DNA of 51,280 bases, from positions 1-51,280 of the forward strand of contig DATFPJ010000032.1 in NCBI GenBank assembly GCA_035264865.1. Reading direction: 5' to 3'. Every line of letters begins with the position of its first letter. The first letter of the stretch is position 1. The notes beneath the pieces were generated by a model. The model was not told the DNA's origin. It did no database searches and was given only the letters and a program-made list of their open reading frames with translations. The stretch is from Solirubrobacterales bacterium (GTDB taxonomy: Bacteria; Actinomycetota; Thermoleophilia; Solirubrobacterales; 70-9). Shown here in pieces: positions 45,593 through 51,280 of the stretch. A program made the translations under genes and the position numbers.

Positions 45593-46488
45593 CCGATCCG
45601 GGTCAGCTTCGATCCCGCCTCCGCCGCGGCGCGCGTGGCCTCGGCCAGCCTGTCGCGCGGCAGCGCGACCAGCAGCTCGTAGTCCTCGCCGCCGCTCGCC
45701 GCCAGCTCGAGCGCCGCCTCGCGCCCGCCGGCGACGGCCTCGATCCCCGGCGCCAGCGGCAGCTCGCCCACCTCGATCTCGAGGCGGCACTCGCTCGCCT
45801 CCGCCAGGTGCCCGGCGTCGGCGCCCAGGCCATCGCTCACGTCGATCATCGCCGTGGCTCCGGCTGCGGCGATCGCCCTTCCCTCCTTCAGCCTCGGGAC
45901 AGGGTCGAGCTGCCGGGCGAGCAGCGAAGTGCGCTGATCCGGCGAGAGTCCCTGGGACTCGTTCCCCCCGAGCAGCTCGAGCGCCGCAGCGGCCCCGCCG
46001 AGCTCTCCGGTCACCGCCAGCACGTCCCGCGGCCGCGCTCCGGCGCGGGTCACCAGGCGGTTTCGCCCGGGTTCGTACCCGACGGCGGTGATGGAGATGA
46101 TCAGCACGGGAGAGCGGACGAGGTCGCCGCCCGCGATCGAGACCGACTCGCGCTCCGCCACTTCGGCGAGGCCGTCGGCGATACCGAGGAGCTCATCATC
46201 GCCGAGCTCGGGCGGCGCCCCGACCACGGCGTACGCCTCTCCCTGCGCTGCACCCATCGCGGCCAGGTCGGAGAGCGCCGCCGCCAGCGCCTTGCGGCCC
46301 GCGGCACGCGCGCCGAACTCCTCGAGACGGAAGTGGACCCCGTCGACGACTGCGTCCACCGTGATCGCGCTCGCGGCCCGCGGCTCGACCACCGCGGCGT
46401 CGTCGCCGCTTGCCAGCTTCACGCGGGGACCCGGCGGCGGCAGCCGCTCGGTGATGGCGGCGATCAGGTCGAACTCGCTGGAAGGCAT
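45487..46488 (-). CDS. thiL: thiamine-monophosphate kinase
   Basis: Contains SEFDLIAAI, GDDAAV, VDAVVDGVHF, IAGGDL, MIDVSDGL and GGEDYELL. Confidence 0.88.
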   Translation of the reverse strand: MPSSEFDLIAAITERLPPPGPRVKLASGDDAAVVEPRAASAITVDAVVDGVHFRLEEFGARAAGRKALAAALSDLAAMGAAQGEAYAVVGAPPELGDDELLGIADGLAEVAERESVSIAGGDLVRSPVLIISITAVGYEPGRNRLVTRAGARPRDVLAVTGELGGAAAALELLGGNESQGLSPDQRTSLLARQLDPVPRLKEGRAIAAAGATAMIDVSDGLGADAGHLAEASECRLEIEVGELPLAPGIEAVAGGREAALELAASGGEDYELLVALPRDRLAEATRAAAEAGSKLTRIGYATEGRGVALRLPDGGELEPSGFDHRRGSLSGSG

Positions 46489-46553
46489 GGGCCTAGGCTA
46501 GGGCGCGTCGCTCGGCATCGGGATCGACCCCGACGACGGACCCCTGAGCCGGA

Positions 46554-48755
46554 CTACGGGGTAATGCCCCCGCCGTTGGAAGGCGGTCCGGCCCCTGGCG
46601 GTGGCCCGGGCGCCGGGGTCGGCTGGGGCTTCGGCGAGGGCGCCGGCTTCTGGCCGACGCCGGGCGCGTACGCGTCCGAGTTGCCCGAGTCGCTGCCGCC
46701 GCCACCACCGCCGTAGCTGCTGCTGGGAGTCGTGTAGCTCGAGCTCGAGCAGGAGTACGAGCCGCAGGAGCTCGAGCTCGACGCGGTGTGCTCCCCGTGG
46801 TACGCGGTCAGGCTCGGCAGGTTCGAGGGAACCTCGAAGTCGGGACAGTCGCTCCCCTGGGCGGCCTCCATGAACGAGCGCCAAATCGGCCCCGAGGTCG
46901 GCCCGCCGAACCCGGTGTACTCGCGCGAGAGCGGATGCCCGGTCCAGACGGCGGTCGAGTACTTCGGCGTGTAGCCGACGAACCAGGCGTCGGAGAGGTC
47001 CTCACTCGTACCGGTCTTGCCGGCCTCCGACGAGCAACCCATGTACGTGTAGCCGGCCCCGGTGCCGCTGGTGATGACTCCCTCGAGCACCTTCGTCACC
47101 TCGTAGGCTTCGCCGGGACTCAGCACCCGCTTGCCCTCGTCCGCCGCTGGCTCGTCGACCTTGCCGCCGGGGAAGACGACCCTGTCGATGGCTGTGGGAT
47201 CGTGACGGACGCCGCCATTGGCGAGGGTGGCGTAGGCGTTGGCCTGCTCGAGCGGGGTGACGCCCACGCTCAGTCCGCCGATCGCGTCCGCGGGCGGGAT
47301 GAAACAGTTCTTCCCGAGTTTGCAGGGGATCGCGCGCGCGCCCTTGATCCCCAGCGGTGAGGTGATCCCCATGTCGTACGCGGTCCTGGCGAAGTTCTCG
47401 GGACCGACGTCGAGGCCGAGTTGCGCGAAGACGACGTTCACGGACTCCCAGGTGGCCTCGGTGAGCGGCAGGACACCGCCGCCCCCGGGTTCGGCGTTGT
47501 TGACCGTCCACGTCGAGCCGTCGACGTCCAACGTCTTCGGCGAGCTGCCGTCGTAGTAGGTCGTATCGGGGTCGATTCCCTGCCTGATCGCCGCCGTCAG
47601 GACGTAGGTCTTGAACGAGGACCCGGGCTGGCGCTGGGCGTGGGCGGCAAAGTTGAACTGACTGGTGAGCGAGTAGCGCTGGGTCGAGGCCAGCGCGACG
47701 ATCTTGCCGTTCGAGGGATCGACCGAGGCCAACGCCGAGGCCGGTCCGCCCCCGGAGTAACAGACCGAGCAGGAGTCGACCGCGTTCTGCGCCGCCTCCT
47801 GGAGCTCGGGCTGGATCGTCGTGTAGATCTTCAGCCCGCCGTTCTGGACGGTGTTCACCCCGTAGCGGTCCTGAAGTTCCTGCTTGACGAGATCGAAGAT
47901 GTACGGATCGCGGATCCGGTTGTACTTGTCTCCCGGGTGGAGGCCCAGATCCTGCGCGAGCGCGTCCTGGTACTCGCTCGTGCTGATCTTGCCCAGCTGC
48001 TCCATCGCCTGGAGAACCTCGTTTCTCCGGGCGAGAGCCGCGCGCGGATTGAGCAGCGGGTTGTACTGGGACGGGGCCTGCGGAAGGCCCGCGATCATCG
48101 CCGCCTCCGGCAGGGTCAGGTCACGCGCGTGCTTCGAGTAGTACGTCTCGGCCGCCGCCTCCACGCCGATCGCTGTGGCTCCCTCGTTCGTCCCGTATGA
48201 GGCGGTGTTCAGGTACCTGGTCAGGATCCAGTCCTTGGAGTGCTCGTCCTCCATGTCGTTGGCGAGGTGCGCCTCGATGATCTTGCGATGGAGCGTGTCC
48301 TCCGGGTCCTCGATGTAGAGGTTGCGGACCAGCTGCTGGGTGATCGTGGAGCCGCCCTCCACCGGCTTGCCGCCCGCGGTCAGGTCCTCCCAGCCGGCGC
48401 GGATGATCGCCGACGGATCGATGCCGCCATGGCTGTAGAAGCGCCTGTCCTCGATGGCCACCGTCGCGTCCTTGAGGTCCTGCGGGATCTGGGCGCTGCC
48501 GACCGGCTGCCGGATCTTGTCGGAGTGGATCACGCCGATCAGCGAGCCGTCGGCCGCGTAGACCTTGGAGACCGACCCCTTCGTGATCGGCCTCAGCGAA
48601 GCGAGCGAGGGGGCCGAGTTGTAGACGCTGATCAGCCAGAGACCCGATCCGAGGGCGCCGAGGGCGAGCGCCGACCCGAGGACCACGAGCGTGACCAGGA
48701 AGGGGTTTTTCTTGCGGCTCGTGCGTCGTTGCCGCCGGCGGGAGCGGGCGCTCAT
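46554..48755 (-). CDS. class A penicillin-binding protein (GT51 transglycosylase + transpeptidase)
   Basis: Contains ATVAIEDRRFYSHGGID, GGSTITQQLV, RKIIEAHLA and the SSFK motif (PGSSFKTY), with KTGT-type KTGTSED. Confidence 0.92.
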   Translation of the reverse strand: MSARSRRRQRRTSRKKNPFLVTLVVLGSALALGALGSGLWLISVYNSAPSLASLRPITKGSVSKVYAADGSLIGVIHSDKIRQPVGSAQIPQDLKDATVAIEDRRFYSHGGIDPSAIIRAGWEDLTAGGKPVEGGSTITQQLVRNLYIEDPEDTLHRKIIEAHLANDMEDEHSKDWILTRYLNTASYGTNEGATAIGVEAAAETYYSKHARDLTLPEAAMIAGLPQAPSQYNPLLNPRAALARRNEVLQAMEQLGKISTSEYQDALAQDLGLHPGDKYNRIRDPYIFDLVKQELQDRYGVNTVQNGGLKIYTTIQPELQEAAQNAVDSCSVCYSGGGPASALASVDPSNGKIVALASTQRYSLTSQFNFAAHAQRQPGSSFKTYVLTAAIRQGIDPDTTYYDGSSPKTLDVDGSTWTVNNAEPGGGGVLPLTEATWESVNVVFAQLGLDVGPENFARTAYDMGITSPLGIKGARAIPCKLGKNCFIPPADAIGGLSVGVTPLEQANAYATLANGGVRHDPTAIDRVVFPGGKVDEPAADEGKRVLSPGEAYEVTKVLEGVITSGTGAGYTYMGCSSEAGKTGTSEDLSDAWFVGYTPKYSTAVWTGHPLSREYTGFGGPTSGPIWRSFMEAAQGSDCPDFEVPSNLPSLTAYHGEHTASSSSSCGSYSCSSSSYTTPSSSYGGGGGGSDSGNSDAYAPGVGQKPAPSPKPQPTPAPGPPPGAGPPSNGGGITP

Positions 48756-48781
48756 GGTGCGAAAGGGTACTTAGGGCCCGG

Positions 48782-49567
48782 TCAGTGGGACCCAAGCAGT
48801 CCTGCGTCGCGCAGCGCGCCTTGCGCTCGCTCGCGAAGCTCGCCCTCGTGGGCCTCGCGGTCCACCCCGGCGTCGAGAGCGGCCTTCACCTGGAGCCGCG
48901 CCCCCTCCGGCGACAGCTCGACCAGGCGCGCCGAGGTCACCTCGCCGCGCTCGAGCGTGCGGCGAGCCTCCTCGACATCGGCGTCCGGGGGTAACCAGAC
49001 GTCGACCGTGATCGGTGCGGCGCTGTTCCCGGCCGAGTGATTGATCACCACGTCGGTCGCCACCTTCTCGTTCGGCACCACGATCAGACCACCGTCGCCC
49101 GCGTCGACTCGGGTGTAGGTGAGGGCGATGTCCACCACCCGTCCGTGCACCTCGTCCCCGATCGAGACCAGGTCGCCGATCCGGATCGGCTGGGTGAAGG
49201 CGATCAGCACCCCGGAGACCAGGTTCGCGATCACCTGCCGCCCGGCGAAGCCGATGATGATGCCGAGCACGGCCGTCGAGGCGAGCACGCCGGTCGCGAA
49301 GCGCTTGATCGAGGCGAACTGGCTCAGTGCCAGGGCGACGCCGATCAGGATGATCGCCAGGAAGAGCATTCGCCGGATCAGCCGCAGCCGGGTGCGGGCC
49401 TCTCGGGAGAGCTCTCCGGTGTCCACGCGGGTCGTCGCCCTCAGGATGCGTCCCAGCAGCAGGCGGTCGACGACGATCGCGATCCCGATCGCGACCAGCA
49501 TGGTGATCGCCGCCGAGACCTCGTCGCCGTGCTGCTGCCAGAAGCTTTGTTCCGCGGCCAGGAGCAT
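48782..49567 (-). CDS. small-conductance mechanosensitive channel (MscS family)
   Basis: Contains GFAGRQVIANLVSGVLIAFTQPIRIGD..V.G.V..I..TYT. The start was placed at ATG 49567, because track start 49624 would overlap the divergent HAD gene. Confidence 0.8.
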   Translation of the reverse strand: MLLAAEQSFWQQHGDEVSAAITMLVAIGIAIVVDRLLLGRILRATTRVDTGELSREARTRLRLIRRMLFLAIILIGVALALSQFASIKRFATGVLASTAVLGIIIGFAGRQVIANLVSGVLIAFTQPIRIGDLVSIGDEVHGRVVDIALTYTRVDAGDGGLIVVPNEKVATDVVINHSAGNSAAPITVDVWLPPDADVEEARRTLERGEVTSARLVELSPEGARLQVKAALDAGVDREAHEGELRERAQGALRDAGLLGSH

Positions 49568-49589
49568 GCGGTCGGGCAGTATTAGCGGG

Positions 49590-50219
49590 ATGCTCCGCGC
49601 CGTGTTCCTCGACGCGCTCGGCACCCTCGTCGAGCTCGAACCGCCCTGGATCTCCCTCCGGGACCGAGTCCCGGCGGAGGTCAGCGACGAGCGCCTGGTC
49701 GCGGCGCTCCGCGCCGAGATGGCCTACTACCGCGAGCATGCCCAGGAGGGGCGCGACGAGGCCTCGCTGGCGGAGCTGAGGGAACGTTGCGCCGGGATCG
49801 TCTCGGAGAAGCTGGGCATGGAGATCTCGGTCGACGAGCTGGTCGAGGCGATCCGTTTCACGGCCTACCCGGACGCCATCCCCGCCCTCGCCTCCCTGCG
49901 AGCCCGTGGCCTCACCTTGGTCGCGGTCTCCAACTGGGACTGCTCGCTCCCGCGGGTCCTCGGCCGCTGCGGACTCGACGGGATGCTGGACGGCACCGTC
50001 ACGTCGGCCGAAACCGGCTCGCGCAAGCCCGATCCCGGGATCTTCCGCTCGGCGCTCGAGCTCGCCGGCTGTGAGCCCGACGAGGCGCTGCACGTCGGCG
50101 ATACCGCCGAGGAGGACGTCGTTGGCGCGCGCGCCGCGGGCATCCGCCCGCTCCTCATCGACCGGAACGGCGGAGCCGGCGACATCTCGTCGCTGGAGGA
50201 GATCGGTGAGCATCTCTGA
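49590..50219 (+). CDS. HAD-superfamily hydrolase
   Basis: Internal ATG of track ORF 49119..50219. Contains AVFLDALGTL, VSNWD, KPDPGIF and HVGDTAEEDVVGA. Confidence 0.8.
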   Translation: MLRAVFLDALGTLVELEPPWISLRDRVPAEVSDERLVAALRAEMAYYREHAQEGRDEASLAELRERCAGIVSEKLGMEISVDELVEAIRFTAYPDAIPALASLRARGLTLVAVSNWDCSLPRVLGRCGLDGMLDGTVTSAETGSRKPDPGIFRSALELAGCEPDEALHVGDTAEEDVVGARAAGIRPLLIDRNGGAGDISSLEEIGEHL

Positions 50220-50276
50220 GATGGACGCCGCCACGAATTGGGTTGCTCCTGTCGGAGCATCCTCCGATCACGCCTG

Positions 50277-50996
50277 ATGGAAGCCGAGGCACAACCCGTG
50301 CGACCGGTCCCATGGGGCTTCGGTGGGTCGGTCTGGGGACTCGTCGGCGGCCTCCTGCTCGTGGTGATCGTGCCGCCGCTCCTGGTTCTTCCCTTCGATC
50401 CGAACCTCGCGGATCCCGACAAGGCGAGCGACGCCGGGATCCTGGCCACGCAGGCCCTGTTCGACGGGTTTCTGGTGTTGGTCGCGATCGGGCTGGCCAC
50501 CGGCGGGCGCTTCCGCCTGCGGGAAGCGCTGCCACTGCTCGGATTCAGGCGCTTCAAGCCGTCGGCGATCGGCTGGGTCTTCGCGGTCCTCGGGATCTAC
50601 TACGCCGGCGCCATCGCCTTCTCCGCGCTCGTGATCCAACCCGACCAGGAGGACATCGGCAAGGAGCTCGGGGTGTGCAACCCGGGGATCGGCATCGCGA
50701 TCACCGCGGTGCTGGCGATCGTCGTGCTCGCCCCGGTGGCCGAGGAGACCTTCTTCCGCGGCTTCTTCTTCGCCGGCCTGCACACCAAATGGTCGCTGTG
50801 GCCATCGGCGCTCCTCTCGGGCGCGATCTTCGGTTTGGTCCACGCACCGACCGGGCCGACCGCGGCGGTCCCGCTGGCCGGTTTGGGCGTGGGCCTAGCC
50901 TGGCTCTACAACAAGACCGATTCGATCTGGCCATGCATGCTCGCTCACTTCCTCAACAACGCGCTCGCGATCAGCGTCGTGATCGGTCAATGCTGA
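50277..50996 (+). CDS. CPBP family intramembrane glutamic endopeptidase (CAAX protease-like)
   Basis: Contains PVAEETFFRGFFF, FGLVH and LAHFLNNA. TTG 50238 is an alternative start. Confidence 0.8.
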   Translation: MEAEAQPVRPVPWGFGGSVWGLVGGLLLVVIVPPLLVLPFDPNLADPDKASDAGILATQALFDGFLVLVAIGLATGGRFRLREALPLLGFRRFKPSAIGWVFAVLGIYYAGAIAFSALVIQPDQEDIGKELGVCNPGIGIAITAVLAIVVLAPVAEETFFRGFFFAGLHTKWSLWPSALLSGAIFGLVHAPTGPTAAVPLAGLGVGLAWLYNKTDSIWPCMLAHFLNNALAISVVIGQC

Positions 50997-51280
50997 GCGA
51001 CGAAGTTCCCGCCGCGGTCGTCGCCTCGGGCCTGATGAAGAGCTACGGCGAGCGACTCGCCGTCGACGGCATCGACTTCGAGGTCGAGCCGGGGGTCTGC
51101 TTCGGGTTCCTCGGACCGAACGGAGCCGGGAAGACGACGACGATGAAGATGATCTACGGGCTCGCCACGGTCGACGGCGGAGAGCTCACGGTGCTCGGCC
51201 TCGACGCCGCGCGCGAGCGGCGGGAGATCAAGAGCCGTATCGGGGTGGTCCCTCAGGAGACCAACCTCGACGGCGACCTA
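50990..51280 (+). CDS. ABC transporter ATP-binding protein (5' partial, runs off the window)
   Basis: ATG 50990 overlaps the CPBP stop. Starts MLSDEVPAAVVASGLMKSYGERLAV and contains Walker A GPNGAGKTT. Confidence 0.8.
   Translation, partial: MLSDEVPAAVVASGLMKSYGERLAVDGIDFEVEPGVCFGFLGPNGAGKTTTMKMIYGLATVDGGELTVLGLDAARERREIKSRIGVVPQETNLDGDL

Noticed and set aside
44603-45790. 395-aa - strand ORF, plus frame 45414..46091 + and frame 45517..46716 +, around thiL
   Set aside because: Extremely Arg/Pro-rich shadow frames over the M28-like and thiL genes.
48771-50234. 487-aa - strand ORF spanning mscS and the HAD gene, plus 49119..49589 as an N-terminal extension of the HAD ORF
   Set aside because: MscS and HAD motifs lie in other frames or strands. 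HAD homology starts at MLRAVFLDALGTL (ATG 49590).

Overview
High-GC (roughly 70%), gene-dense chromosomal window that looks like the origin-proximal core of an Actinomycetota-like genome. A deep-branching Rubrobacteria/Thermoleophilia-type lineage is a low-confidence guess, based on TreT and a Bacillus-type QcrABC. All functions were assigned by reading motifs in the supplied translations; no searches were run. Left part, mostly + strand: rpmH-rnpA-yidD-yidC-jag-rsmG-parA-parB, tRNA-Ile, an envelope glycosylation module, an ABC-2 exporter, then a co-directional respiratory block (hemB, fused AhbA/B-like siroheme decarboxylase, hemL, qcrABC, menG, hepT-like, dcd, tatAC) and tRNA-Lys. Right part, mostly - strand: purA, a DnaC/DnaI-like AAA+ gene coupled to an intein-containing dnaB, rplI-rpsR / ssb-rpsF, otsA-csaA-treT-IMPase, htrA plus a two-component system, thiL, PBP1A and mscS. 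No CRISPR array, transposase, integrase or recognisable defence system was seen. Most notable: the dnaB intein plus the compositionally atypical loader-like gene; siroheme decarboxylase inside a heme/quinone/bc/Tat supercluster; a convergent strand-bias switch between two origin-hallmark clusters; many apparently leaderless genes; and a CTG-initiated hemL. Many long alternate-frame ORFs in the track are GC-driven shadows and were rejected.
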